Of a stretch of DNA of 64,000 nt, positions 27,327 through 39,195 are shown piece after piece. The number at the start of each line of letters is the position of its first letter. Position 1 is the stretch's first letter. Source of the DNA: Elusimicrobiales bacterium (GTDB lineage Bacteria > Elusimicrobiota > Elusimicrobia > Elusimicrobiales > UBA9959); assembly GCA_036171915.1 (NCBI GenBank), contig JAVHRY010000092.1, forward strand, positions 15,298-79,297, given 5' to 3'. The notes under the pieces are model-generated. The model was not told the origin of the DNA. It ran no database searches and saw only the letters and a program-made list of their open reading frames with translations. The translations under genes were made by a program, and so were the position numbers.

Positions 27327-28517
27327 ATGACATTCGACACGCTGAAGTTCGCAGACGAGGAAGTTGAAGCTCTGAAGAAAGGGAACCGCCTCATCACCCC
27401 CAGAGTACTTGAATCCGCGCAGGAGCCTGTTTCCGTCATAGACGGCAAGAAAGTGGTGAACCTGACCTCCAACAATTACCTGGCCATGGCCAACAATCCC
27501 GAGGTAAAAAAAGCGGCCATCGACGCCATCAAAAAATACGGCGTGGGCTCGGCCGCAGTGCGCACCATAATAGGCACCATGTCCATCCACACCGAGTTGG
27601 AGAGGAAGTTCGCGGAATTCAAACACGCAGAGGCCTCTATACTTTTCCAGTCCGGTTTCACCTCGAACACGGCAGTCTGCCAGTCTGTGATGTCCAGCGA
27701 CCAGGACCTGCTTATCTCCGACGAGCTTAACCACGCCTCCATCATCGACGGCGGCCGCCTTGCCAAGGCGCAGCGCAAGATCTACCGCCACAAGGATATA
27801 AAGCATTTGACCGAAATACTTGAGACCCCCGAGGCCGCTAAGGCCCGCCGCAAAATGGTGGTGACCGACGGGGTGTTCTCGATGGACGGCGACATCGCTA
27901 ATTTGGACGAAATAACCGCGGTAGCGCACAAGTACGGCGCGTTCGTGATGGTGGACGACGCGCACGCCAGCGGCGTGATAGGCAAGGAAGGCCGCGGCAC
28001 GGTTAGCCACTTCGGCCTGGACGGAAAAGTGGAGATCCAGATAGGCACGCTATCGAAAGCTTTCGCGTCGGTAGGCGGTTACGCGGCCACCTCGCAGAGC
28101 CTGCGCGACTATATGGGCTCGGTGGCCCGCCCGTTCCTGTTCTCCAGCTCTCAGCCGCCTTCGGTGGCGGCCACCTCGCTGGCCGTGCTTAACATCCTGC
28201 TGACCGAACCCAAGTACCTAAAGAAGCTCTGGGATAATACCGCCTTCTTCAAGGAAGAGATGAAAAAAGCCGGCTTCGATACCGGCCACTCGGTCACCCC
28301 CATAACCCCCGTCATGGTGGGCGACATGCAGAAAGCGGTAAAGCTCTCCACCCGGCTTTTCGAGGAAGGGGTGTTCGCCCTGCCGCTCGGCTTCCCGACG
28401 GTACCGAAGGGCAAAGAGCGCCTGCGCACTATAGTGACCGCAGGCCATACGCTCAAAGACCTTGAGTTCGCGGTGGAGAAGTTCAAGAAAGTCGGCAAAG
28501 AACTGAATATAATTTAG
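27327..28517 (+). CDS. kbl: 2-amino-3-ketobutyrate CoA ligase (glycine C-acetyltransferase)
   Basis: Alpha-oxoamine synthase pattern with PLP-lysine block GTLSKAFASVGGY and DDAHASGV. AAGGAGA SD. Confidence 0.9.
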   Translation: MTFDTLKFADEEVEALKKGNRLITPRVLESAQEPVSVIDGKKVVNLTSNNYLAMANNPEVKKAAIDAIKKYGVGSAAVRTIIGTMSIHTELERKFAEFKHAEASILFQSGFTSNTAVCQSVMSSDQDLLISDELNHASIIDGGRLAKAQRKIYRHKDIKHLTEILETPEAAKARRKMVVTDGVFSMDGDIANLDEITAVAHKYGAFVMVDDAHASGVIGKEGRGTVSHFGLDGKVEIQIGTLSKAFASVGGYAATSQSLRDYMGSVARPFLFSSSQPPSVAATSLAVLNILLTEPKYLKKLWDNTAFFKEEMKKAGFDTGHSVTPITPVMVGDMQKAVKLSTRLFEEGVFALPLGFPTVPKGKERLRTIVTAGHTLKDLEFAVEKFKKVGKELNII

Positions 28518-30013
28518 TGTCTGAAATGCCGGATGCCGGCAAAGAGCATAGCTATATTTTTTGAGTCGCACAATGCCGCGCAATCGGCGTCGTCCTGCCA
28601 GCCCCCCGGCTGGATGACGGCGGTTACGCCGCCGGAAATCGCCGCCTGCAAAGTCCTGAGCGGCAGGGCCGCGTCGGCCGCCAGCACCAGCGGGCCGGCC
28701 CCCGGAAGGATAGCCCGCTTTTCCCTCATTTTCCACAGCACGTTTCTGACCGCGTCGTAGGTGGAGCTCTCGGAGGCGCTGACCGCAACGGAGGCGTTCC
28801 CCTCCGCCAGCGCCGCCGCGTAGGTCTTGGCGTACTTCACGGTTTTCCAGGCGAGTTTTAAAGCCCGGGCCTCGGCTTCGGAAGGCTTGCGCCTGGTAAC
28901 ACAGGAAGGCTCTGAGAAAAAAAGCCGGTTATCCTTGGCTTCTATCAGCACTCCCCCGGAAACCGAGTGCAGCTCCACCTCGTAGGGAGAAAGCACCGGG
29001 GCCGGCAGCAAAACGACCCGCAGGCCTTCTTTGGACTTCAAGATCTGCAGCGCCTCTGCGCTGTAGCCGGGAGCGACCACGCTCTCCATAAAGGTTCCGG
29101 CGAGAGCTTTTGCCGTTCCCCCGTCCACCTGGCTGTTGAAAGCCGCTGTGCCGCCCACGGCTCCTGCGGGGTCGCTTCTAAGCGCTCCGCGCAGGCAGTC
29201 CTCCGGCGCGCCGGCGGCGCAGACCCCCGCCGGGCGGGCATGCTTGGCAATTACGCACACCGGCTCGTCAAATTCCAGCGCCAGCTCAAAAGCCGTGTCC
29301 AGGTCGAGGTAATGGTTAAGGTTGAAACTGCTCCCCGCAAGGACCTTGGCGGCGTTCAGGCCCCGGGGGCGGGCCCCGCTCAGGGCGTAAAAGGCGGCCT
29401 TCTGGTGGCGGTTCTCCCCGTACTCCAGGTCCGCCACTTTTTTAAGGCTCAGCACCACCTCGTCGGCGAGCAGGTTGCCGGTTTCGGAAAGGTACTGCGC
29501 CACGGTGGCGTCGTAGGCGGCCAGGTACTGCCAGGTTTTGGCGGCCAGCTGTTTTTTTATCTCCGGCTCTACTCCGCCGTCTTCCTTAAGCGCCCGCAGG
29601 ACCGGGGCGTAATCCTCCGGGGAGGAAATAGTAATTACAGTCCCAAAATACCGCGCGGCCCCGCGCAGCACGGCGGAGTTGGACTGGTCCAGGTAATTTG
29701 CAAGTTCTTCGGCGGCGAACTCTTCCTGCCCTACTATGCCGGCTATAGGGTAAAGGTTCGCCGCCACCACAAAAAAAGAAGGGAGTTCCACGCCGTTCTC
29801 CGAAACCGCCGGGAAGCGTCCATCCAGGGCTTTAAGCACGGCGCAGGGCACCGGCGGGGAATAGCGCACCTCCTCGGCCTCTATGCCTGCTTCGGCCAGG
29901 AGTTTATAAGTTGACCCCGATGCGTAGATCTCAAACCCGAGCTCCCCAAGGCCGCGGGCGAAATCCTCCAGCCCGGACTTGTCGTAAACGCTCAGATAAG
30001 CGGTCTTGTCCAT
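28514..30013 (-). CDS. purH: PurH-like AICAR transformylase with a divergent N-terminal MGS/IMP-cyclohydrolase-like domain
   Basis: N-terminal YLSVYDKSGL...ASGSTYKLL (MGS-like), YGENRHQKAAFY, and C-terminal FAGIRHFRH. Confidence 0.8.
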   Translation of the reverse strand: MDKTAYLSVYDKSGLEDFARGLGELGFEIYASGSTYKLLAEAGIEAEEVRYSPPVPCAVLKALDGRFPAVSENGVELPSFFVVAANLYPIAGIVGQEEFAAEELANYLDQSNSAVLRGAARYFGTVITISSPEDYAPVLRALKEDGGVEPEIKKQLAAKTWQYLAAYDATVAQYLSETGNLLADEVVLSLKKVADLEYGENRHQKAAFYALSGARPRGLNAAKVLAGSSFNLNHYLDLDTAFELALEFDEPVCVIAKHARPAGVCAAGAPEDCLRGALRSDPAGAVGGTAAFNSQVDGGTAKALAGTFMESVVAPGYSAEALQILKSKEGLRVVLLPAPVLSPYEVELHSVSGGVLIEAKDNRLFFSEPSCVTRRKPSEAEARALKLAWKTVKYAKTYAAALAEGNASVAVSASESSTYDAVRNVLWKMREKRAILPGAGPLVLAADAALPLRTLQAAISGGVTAVIQPGGWQDDADCAALCDSKNIAMLFAGIRHFRH

Positions 30014-30018
30014 ATCCG

Positions 30019-31647
30019 TTAATTCAAGGCCTCCGCTTTTTTCAGCAGTTCCCTAAGGTCGGACTCGGCGCCGCGCGCGCCGCCCCCCGCGGCGGCCAGT
30101 TCAGCCAGCGCGGCGTTTAGCGTCTTTATCGCCGCGGCCTTGTCTTTCTGTGCCAATTCTATCTTCGCTTTCAAGACCATGATGCTGGAATGTATGTCCC
30201 CGTAGGAGAGCCGCGCGGCGAGCCCGGCCTCTTTGAGCGCTTCAGGGTAATCCTTCATCGTCAGCAGCGCGCCGGAGTAGGAGCGGTGGAAAGCGTATTC
30301 TTCCGGAAACTTCGCCGTAAGCCCGCCGTAAACGGTTGCAGCCTCCTTGTAGCGCTTCGCGCCCATCAGGCACCTGGCCTGGGACATGCGCAGCCCTTTG
30401 GCCTGGTCCGCCCTGGCCGAGGCCACGGCCATATCCGAATAAGCCTGCGCCGCCCGGCCGTAAAGGTCTTTTGACAGATCCTCAAGGCCCGCGTCGTCCA
30501 TATCCACGGCCGCCTGATAGAGGACATCGGTGTAGTCATAGCCTTCGTTTACGGCGTCTTTTGAGACTTTCAGACGTTCTATAAGCGCGTCCAGGCCGGC
30601 GATGTAAGGCTTTGCCGCCGCGGGGTTGAGTTTATACAGGGCCGCCGTCCAGTCCAGCACGGCTCCCTCCGCGTCCAGACCGTCCTTACCGTCAAAGCGG
30701 TCTATCAGGCCGCAGTAAAGCCCGGTCAGTTCAACCGTATCGGTGGATTTATTTTCTTCAACCTGCGCCTGCGCGTCCAGGTAGGCCGCGGCGTGCGTGT
30801 TTAGGCCGGAAAGCGCCCCGCGCGCCTCCGCCCATTTAGAGCCGGTCATATACCAACGGGCCACCCGCAATTTGCCGGCCTCTTCCAGGGAAGCGACCGC
30901 GGCTATGGCTTTCTCTATCGGCTGGTCCTTCCAGCGCTCCTGGTCTTTTATCCACGCCGTGAAAGCGCTGAGATTGCTGCTCCCGGTCCAGCGGCCGATT
31001 TCTTGGAGGTCCGCGTCGGCTACCAGATAGGTAGGGTAGCCGCCCGGCTTAAAGAGCCGCTTCCATTCCCGCGCCGCGGGCCTGTCGGTGTCCAGGCTGA
31101 CCCGGACCATGTCCCGCGTCGCTTCAAGGAAAGACGGCTGGGTCAGCACGGTATCTTCCATTACGCGGCAGGGCGGGCACCACCTGCCGAAGAAATCTAT
31201 GAACAGCAGCGCATGCTCTTTTTGGGCCCTGACCAGCGCGCCGCCCGGGTCGTTGAGCAGGAACCCCCCGAGGCCTTCGTCTTTCACTACGGCCCCGGCG
31301 GCGGCGGGCTGTTTGTTCCCGGCGCCCTTTACCAGCACGGTAAAATCCTCGAACATACAGGCGGTTTCTTTATCGTCGCAGATCTTAAGGCTGACGGCGA
31401 TCTCGCCGGCGGAGCTGAATTTACATTTAAGCTCTTTTTTTGAGACGTCGAAAGCTTCGGAATCGCCGCATTCCTGCGGGGCTTTCAGGTTAAAATGGTA
31501 GCCGTCCCTGGCCGCGTACGTAATTGTCTCGTTAATTGCAGCGTCCTTGCGCGGGGGCTCGGTAAGCAGGGAGGGCGCCTCCGCCCGGACGGGCCGGGAG
31601 CAGGCAAAAGAAAAGGCTAACGCCGCCGCTAATATTTTACAGGTCAT
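30019..31647 (-). CDS. Secreted thioredoxin-fold protein with C-terminal TPR-like repeats
   Basis: Signal peptide, then redox motif FFGRWCPPC. The C-terminal half is helical and repeat-like (Ala/Leu/Tyr-rich TPR pattern). Confidence 0.65.
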   Translation of the reverse strand: MTCKILAAALAFSFACSRPVRAEAPSLLTEPPRKDAAINETITYAARDGYHFNLKAPQECGDSEAFDVSKKELKCKFSSAGEIAVSLKICDDKETACMFEDFTVLVKGAGNKQPAAAGAVVKDEGLGGFLLNDPGGALVRAQKEHALLFIDFFGRWCPPCRVMEDTVLTQPSFLEATRDMVRVSLDTDRPAAREWKRLFKPGGYPTYLVADADLQEIGRWTGSSNLSAFTAWIKDQERWKDQPIEKAIAAVASLEEAGKLRVARWYMTGSKWAEARGALSGLNTHAAAYLDAQAQVEENKSTDTVELTGLYCGLIDRFDGKDGLDAEGAVLDWTAALYKLNPAAAKPYIAGLDALIERLKVSKDAVNEGYDYTDVLYQAAVDMDDAGLEDLSKDLYGRAAQAYSDMAVASARADQAKGLRMSQARCLMGAKRYKEAATVYGGLTAKFPEEYAFHRSYSGALLTMKDYPEALKEAGLAARLSYGDIHSSIMVLKAKIELAQKDKAAAIKTLNAALAELAAAGGGARGAESDLRELLKKAEALN

Positions 31648-31684
31648 TTTTTCCTTGGTTCGCTAAGTATAAAGGCTCCCGCGG

Positions 31685-34101
<2,417 letters not shown>

Positions 34102-34123
34102 AAGTTAAAGACCTTAGCGTATA

Positions 34124-34138
34124 TGGTACAAAATTTGC
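34124..34138 (+). promoter_or_regulatory. Sigma-54-type (-24/-12) promoter candidate TGGTAC-N5-TTGC upstream of the SPFH gene
   Basis: TGGTACaaaatTTGCC has the GG and GC dinucleotides at the canonical spacing. It is intergenic, correctly oriented, and ~100 nt upstream of ATG 34241. Confidence 0.45.
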
Positions 34139-34240
34139 CGGGCCCGGGAAAAACTGCGGGGCCCGCGCCGTTTTGCATTTTGCGGTTTTCTTTAGTAGAC
34201 TTTAAACAGATTAAAGTCCCGGGTTTTAATGGAGGTTCTA

Positions 34241-34987
34241 ATGGCCATGCTGCCACTTGTAATAATCGCGGTCGTAATATTGTTCGCCAGTATAAAAGTG
34301 CTTAACGAATACGAGCGGGGTGTAACGCTCACTTTAGGGCGCTTTACCGGGGTAAAAGGCCCGGGCCTGATCTTCCTTATCCCCGGCGTGCAGCAGATGT
34401 TCCGCATGAGCACCCGTGTGGTCGTGCTGGACGTCCCCCCGCAGGACGTTATCACCCGCGACAACATCTCCGTAAAAGTCAACGCCGTAATTTATTTCAG
34501 GGTGGTGGACCCCCAGGCCGCCGTGCTGAACGTTGAGAATTTTATGTATGCCACCAGCCAGCTGGCGCAGACCACGCTCAGGAGCGTGCTCGGCCAGCAG
34601 GAACTGGACGACCTGCTTGCCCAGCGCGACAAGATCAACAAGAACCTGCAGGAGATCCTGGACCTGCACACCGAACCCTGGGGCATCAAGATCTCCAGCG
34701 TGGAAGTAAAGAACGTGGACCTGCCGCAGGAAATGCAGCGCGCCATCGCCAAGCAGGCCGAAGCCGAGCGCGAGCGCCGCGCAAAGGTCATCCACGCCGA
34801 GGGCGAATTCCAGGCCGCGCAGAAACTGTCCGACGCCGCCGCCATCATGGCCGTGAACCCCGCGGCCATTCAGCTGCGCTACCTGCAGACCTTGACCGAG
34901 ATAGCCACGGACAATAATTCCACCACCATCTTCCCGGTGCCGATGGATATGCTCAACCTGCTCCTGAAGAAAGATACCCCGAAATAA
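34241..34987 (+). CDS. SPFH/band-7 (stomatin/slipin-like) membrane protein
   Basis: N-terminal TM followed by the band-7 core (VLNEYERGV...[16 protein letters not shown]...) and a coiled-coil tail. ATG 34241 is preferred (GGAGG 5 nt upstream) over 34229. Confidence 0.9.
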   Translation: MAMLPLVIIAVVILFASIKVLNEYERGVTLTLGRFTGVKGPGLIFLIPGVQQMFRMSTRVVVLDVPPQDVITRDNISVKVNAVIYFRVVDPQAAVLNVENFMYATSQLAQTTLRSVLGQQELDDLLAQRDKINKNLQEILDLHTEPWGIKISSVEVKNVDLPQEMQRAIAKQAEAERERRAKVIHAEGEFQAAQKLSDAAAIMAVNPAAIQLRYLQTLTEIATDNNSTTIFPVPMDMLNLLLKKDTPK

Positions 34988-35004
34988 AGGAACAGCGGCT
35001 GAAT

Positions 35005-35046
35005 AAAGAACGGGAGCGGCTCACCGCTCCCGTTCTTTATTTTTTC
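35005..35046 (+). terminator. Strong rho-independent terminator after the SPFH gene
   Basis: Perfect 15-bp stem AAAGAACGGGAGCGG/CCGCTCCCGTTCTTT with a 4-nt loop, followed by a T-tract. Confidence 0.9.
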
Positions 35047-35078
35047 CCTCTGCTTCGGCACTTAGCTATAATCTAAAT

Positions 35079-36170
35079 ATGCCCGGCCTCTACATACACA
35101 TCCCGTTCTGCCGGGCCAAGTGCGGCTATTGCGATTTTGCCTCCCAGGCCGGGCAGGAAAGTTCTATTGACGCCTACCTGGAAGCCGTGGCCCTGGAAGC
35201 CGCGCTTTACAGTTCGCGGGCAGGTTTTTTCGACACGCTGTATGTCGGCGGCGGCACCCCCAGCCTGCTTTCCGCCGCCCAGCTAGCCCGGCTGTTCGCG
35301 ATAGCCGGAACCCTCACCGGGCCGGCCGCGCGGCTGAAAGAAAGCACTTTTGAAGCGAACCCTGAAAGCCTGGACGGAGAAAAAGCGGCCCTGCTTAAGC
35401 GCTCGGGGATAAACCGCGTAAGCCTGGGCCTCCAGGCCGGCCAGGACCGCCTGCTTAAGCGCCTGGGCAGGATTGCCCTGACCGCGGACTTCCTGCGGGC
35501 CTACCAGGACCTGCGCGCGGCGGGCTTCGCTAACATAAACGCGGATTTAATGTGCGGCCTGCCCGGGCAGACCGACGGGGACTTTATGGAGGGCCTTAAC
35601 CGGCTGCTGGCGCTGAAGCCGGAACATGTCTCCCTTTACGCCCTGGAAATCCATGAAGGCACGCCTTTCGCCGCGCAGGGGGTAAAGGAAGAACCGGAAG
35701 CGGCCGCCGGGATGTACGCCGCGGCTGTAAAGGCGCTGGCTAAGGCGGGCCTGGAACGCTATGAGATCTCTAATTTTTCCCTGACCGGCCGCGAGTCCGC
35801 TCATAATCTTAACTACTGGGCCCAGGGGAGCTACCTCGGCCTCGGGGCGGCGGCGGCCTCCTACCTGGACGGAGAGCGGCGGGCCAACGCCCCGGATATG
35901 CGGGCTTACATAAACTCGCTCGCCTCAGGCCGCGGAGCGCCGGAGGCGTACCGGGAGACCCTTAACGGCCGCGCCCGTACCGGAGAGCGCCTGATGCTGG
36001 GCCTGCGCACGACGCGCGGAATTGAACTCACGGACGATATATTTATAGAATTTAAGCCGGAGATAGAGCGCCTGCTTAAAGCGGGCCTGGTAGAAAGAGC
36101 GGGCGGCTCCCTAAGGATAAAGGAAGGCTGTTTTTACGTCTCCAACGCCGTTTTTAGAGAATTTGTTTGA
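35079..36170 (+). CDS. hemW: Radical SAM heme chaperone HemW (coproporphyrinogen-III-oxidase-like)
   Basis: N-terminal LYIHIPFCRAKCGYCDF (CxxxCxxC), then GGGTPS. Typical length. Confidence 0.85.
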   Translation: MPGLYIHIPFCRAKCGYCDFASQAGQESSIDAYLEAVALEAALYSSRAGFFDTLYVGGGTPSLLSAAQLARLFAIAGTLTGPAARLKESTFEANPESLDGEKAALLKRSGINRVSLGLQAGQDRLLKRLGRIALTADFLRAYQDLRAAGFANINADLMCGLPGQTDGDFMEGLNRLLALKPEHVSLYALEIHEGTPFAAQGVKEEPEAAAGMYAAAVKALAKAGLERYEISNFSLTGRESAHNLNYWAQGSYLGLGAAAASYLDGERRANAPDMRAYINSLASGRGAPEAYRETLNGRARTGERLMLGLRTTRGIELTDDIFIEFKPEIERLLKAGLVERAGGSLRIKEGCFYVSNAVFREFV

Positions 36171-36216
36171 ATTTCACGGTAAGACTCTCAAGTTGCCGCA
36201 AACCCAAAGGAACAAA

Positions 36217-38910
36217 ATGCTAAGCAAGGCGTACGATCCCAAGCCCGTCGAGGCCAAGTGGGCCGAGACCTGGCAGAAAGAAAAACTTTTTATTTCCCGT
36301 CCGAACCCGGAGAAGAAGCCCTTCGTTGTGGTTATCCCTCCGCCCAATATTACCGGCGCCCTGCACATGGGGCACGCCCTTAACTCCACCCTGCAGGACG
36401 TCCTGGTGCGTTACCAGCGCATGCTGGGGCGCGAGGCCTGCTGGGTGCCCGGCACCGACCACGGCGGCATAGCCACGCAGAACGTCATGGAGAAGATGCT
36501 GAAGGCCGAAGGCAAGACCCGCCACGATCTGGGCCGCGAAGAATTTCTGAAGCGCACCTGGGCCTGGTACGGGGAGTGCGGCACCACTATCCTGGGCCAG
36601 CTGCGCAAGCTGGGCTGCGCCCTGGATTTCAGCCCGGAGAACGTGCGCTTCACCATGGACAAGCCCCGGGCGGCCTCGGTCTTTGAAGCCTTCCGCGCGC
36701 TTTGGGACAAGGAACTCATATACCGCGGCGAACGCATGATAAACTGGTGCACGCGCTGCGGCACCGCGCTCTCCGACATAGAAGTGGAGCACGAGGACGA
36801 GAAATCCAAGCTCTGGCATATACGCTACGCTTTTGAGGACGGCTCCGGCTCCGTCACCGTGGCCACCACCCGGCCCGAAACCCTGCTGGGCGACACCGCC
36901 GTGGCCGTGCACCCCGAAGATGACAGGTATAAAGACAAGGCCGGCAAAAAGCTCCGCCTGCCGCTGACGGACCGCCTGATACCGCTGGTGTCCGACGAGG
37001 GCGTGGAAAAAGGCTTCGGCACCGGCGCGGTTAAAGTCACGCCCGCCCACGACCCCCTCGACTTCGAAATTGGCCAGCGCCACGGGCTTGAAGTTATCCG
37101 CATCATTTCCTACGAAGGGACCATGATGAACTGCCCCGCGAAATACGCCGGGCTAAGCGTGCAGGCGGCCCGCAAGCTGGTACTGGAAGACCTCACGGCG
37201 GCCGGCCTGCTTGAAAAAGAGGAGCATTACAAACACTCCGTCAGCAAATGCTCCCGCTGCAACCAGCACATAGAGCCGCTGGTCTCGGAGCAGTGGTTCG
37301 TGAAGATGAAAGGCCTGGCCGCCCCGGCCATAGCCGCCGCCGAGAACGGCGACGTTAAATTCTACCCGCCCTCCTGGAAAAAGCCTTTTACCGAGTGGCT
37401 CGCCAACATCCAGGATTGGTGTATTTCCCGCCAGATCTGGTGGGGGCACCGCATCCCCGCCTGGTACTGCCGTAAATGTTCCGGGGCGGGCCTTAAGTTC
37501 TCGGACAAGGGCGAGCTCTCCCGCGTCTCCTTCGCGCAGGGCGCCAAGCCGGTGATCTCCTTCGAGAAGCCCGCCGCCTGCCCCGACTGCGGCGGCACGG
37601 ACCTGCTGCAGGACCCCGACGTGCTGGACACCTGGTTCTCGTCGGCGCTGTGGCCTTTCTCGGTTTTCGGCTGGCCCGAAAAGACAAAAGAGCTGGCTTA
37701 CTATTACCCCACCTCGGTGCTGGTCACCGGCTACGAGATCCTCTACCTGTGGGTGGCCCGCATGGTGATGAGCGGCATCGAGCACATGGGCAAGCCCCCC
37801 TTCAGCCGGGTGTACCTGCACGGCATCGTGCGCGACAAGCACGGCAAGAAGATGTCCAAGTCGCTCGGCAACGTGATAGACCCGCTGGTGATGATAGAAA
37901 AATACGGCACCGACGCCATGCGCTTTTCGCTGATGGCGCAAACGCTGGGCGGCAAGGACATCCCCTTCTCCGACGACGCCATCATAGGCGGGCGCAATTT
38001 CGTCAACAAGCTCTACAATGTGGCCCGCTTTATGCAGATTTACCTGCCGGAAGCAGCCGGGCCGCTCGCCGGCGCCCGCCCGGGCGAGCTGGCCGACCGC
38101 TGGATAACCGGGCGCTACGCCGAGGCCCTGGAGAAATCCAAAGCCGCCATGGCAGAGTACGACCTCCCGAAGGCCCAGGACGCGCTGTACGCCTTCGTCT
38201 GGGACGACTTCTGCGACTGGTACCTGGAACTGGCGAAGCCGCGCCTGGCCGGTCCGGATAAGGATAAAGTGCTGGGGCTCATGTTGGACCTGTTCACCGG
38301 TTCGCTTAAAGCCCTCCATCCCTTCATGCCTTACGTTACGGAAGAGCTTTACAACACGCTCAAACCATACCTTAAGAGCCCCGGGGGCTGCCTGCTAACG
38401 CAGAGCTGGCCCGCAACGCCCGGCGTGCAGGCGGGGGCCTCCGAGAAAATGAGGGAGCTGATGGGAGTGATAACCCAGCTAAGGACCGCGCGGGCCCAGT
38501 TTGAAATTCCTCCGGGCAAAACCATCAGGGCCATAGCGGTCTCAAAGGACGCGGCCGCGCTTGAGCGCCTTAACGCCGGGGCGGATTACATAAAGCTCCT
38601 GGCGAAAGTAGAGCACTTTGAAATCGGCGCCGCCCTGGCTAAGCCCCCCCGCTCGCTTACCGCCATCTCGGGGGCCTTCAACCTCTATGTCCCCATGGAT
38701 GGAGCGGTAGACCTGGAAAAAGAGAAGGCCCGTCTTTCCAAGGAGCTGGAGAAGACAAAAAGCGACAGCGCCCAGTGTCTGTCGCGCCTAAACGACCCCG
38801 CTTTCGTCGCCCGAGCGCCCAAGGCCGAGATAGAAAAGATAGCCGCCCGTTCCGCGGAGACTACGGGCAGGATCTCGCGCCTTACGGCCATACTGGAGGA
38901 ATTAAAGTGA
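36217..38910 (+). CDS. valS: Valyl-tRNA synthetase
   Basis: HIGH-type PPNITGALHMGH, KMSKS, and a C-terminal coiled-coil. ATG 36217 is preferred over the ORF-track 36163. Confidence 0.97.
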   Translation: MLSKAYDPKPVEAKWAETWQKEKLFISRPNPEKKPFVVVIPPPNITGALHMGHALNSTLQDVLVRYQRMLGREACWVPGTDHGGIATQNVMEKMLKAEGKTRHDLGREEFLKRTWAWYGECGTTILGQLRKLGCALDFSPENVRFTMDKPRAASVFEAFRALWDKELIYRGERMINWCTRCGTALSDIEVEHEDEKSKLWHIRYAFEDGSGSVTVATTRPETLLGDTAVAVHPEDDRYKDKAGKKLRLPLTDRLIPLVSDEGVEKGFGTGAVKVTPAHDPLDFEIGQRHGLEVIRIISYEGTMMNCPAKYAGLSVQAARKLVLEDLTAAGLLEKEEHYKHSVSKCSRCNQHIEPLVSEQWFVKMKGLAAPAIAAAENGDVKFYPPSWKKPFTEWLANIQDWCISRQIWWGHRIPAWYCRKCSGAGLKFSDKGELSRVSFAQGAKPVISFEKPAACPDCGGTDLLQDPDVLDTWFSSALWPFSVFGWPEKTKELAYYYPTSVLVTGYEILYLWVARMVMSGIEHMGKPPFSRVYLHGIVRDKHGKKMSKSLGNVIDPLVMIEKYGTDAMRFSLMAQTLGGKDIPFSDDAIIGGRNFVNKLYNVARFMQIYLPEAAGPLAGARPGELADRWITGRYAEALEKSKAAMAEYDLPKAQDALYAFVWDDFCDWYLELAKPRLAGPDKDKVLGLMLDLFTGSLKALHPFMPYVTEELYNTLKPYLKSPGGCLLTQSWPATPGVQAGASEKMRELMGVITQLRTARAQFEIPPGKTIRAIAVSKDAAALERLNAGADYIKLLAKVEHFEIGAALAKPPRSLTAISGAFNLYVPMDGAVDLEKEKARLSKELEKTKSDSAQCLSRLNDPAFVARAPKAEIEKIAARSAETTGRISRLTAILEELK

Positions 38911-39194
38911 ACTTTAGAAGGTTCTGGATAAGGAAAGACCGGGAGGAGTATTTCCTTAGCGGGGTTATCATAGCGTGCACTATAGGCGGTTTCGTATCTT
39001 CCTACTGGCATTTCACGGACCGCATTGCCGTGCACCAGAACATAAAGATCAAGGAGTGGCTGACCCCGGAAGCGGAACAGAAACAACTTAAAGACATCCA
39101 GTACACTCCCTCGAAACTAAGGGCGGGCACCACGCAATATTACCGGCTGGGCTCGGAGACGGCCCCGGCGGTGCCCAAACTGGGAGCGAATTAA
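38907..39194 (+). CDS. Small single-pass membrane protein, hypothetical
   Basis: GTG 38907 overlaps the valS TGA stop (GTGA) with GGAGGA 7 nt upstream. One TM (FLSGVIIACTIGGFVSSYW). The same GGAG-GAATTAAAGTGAA cassette recurs at the next gene start. Confidence 0.4.
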   Translation: MNFRRFWIRKDREEYFLSGVIIACTIGGFVSSYWHFTDRIAVHQNIKIKEWLTPEAEQKQLKDIQYTPSKLRAGTTQYYRLGSETAPAVPKLGAN

Positions 39195-39195
39195 A

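Noticed and set aside
38775-38906. ORF-track version of the small ORF starting at 38775, inside valS.
   Set aside because: It overlaps 136 nt of valS in another frame. GTG 38907, with an SD and a GTGA stop/start overlap, is the plausible start.
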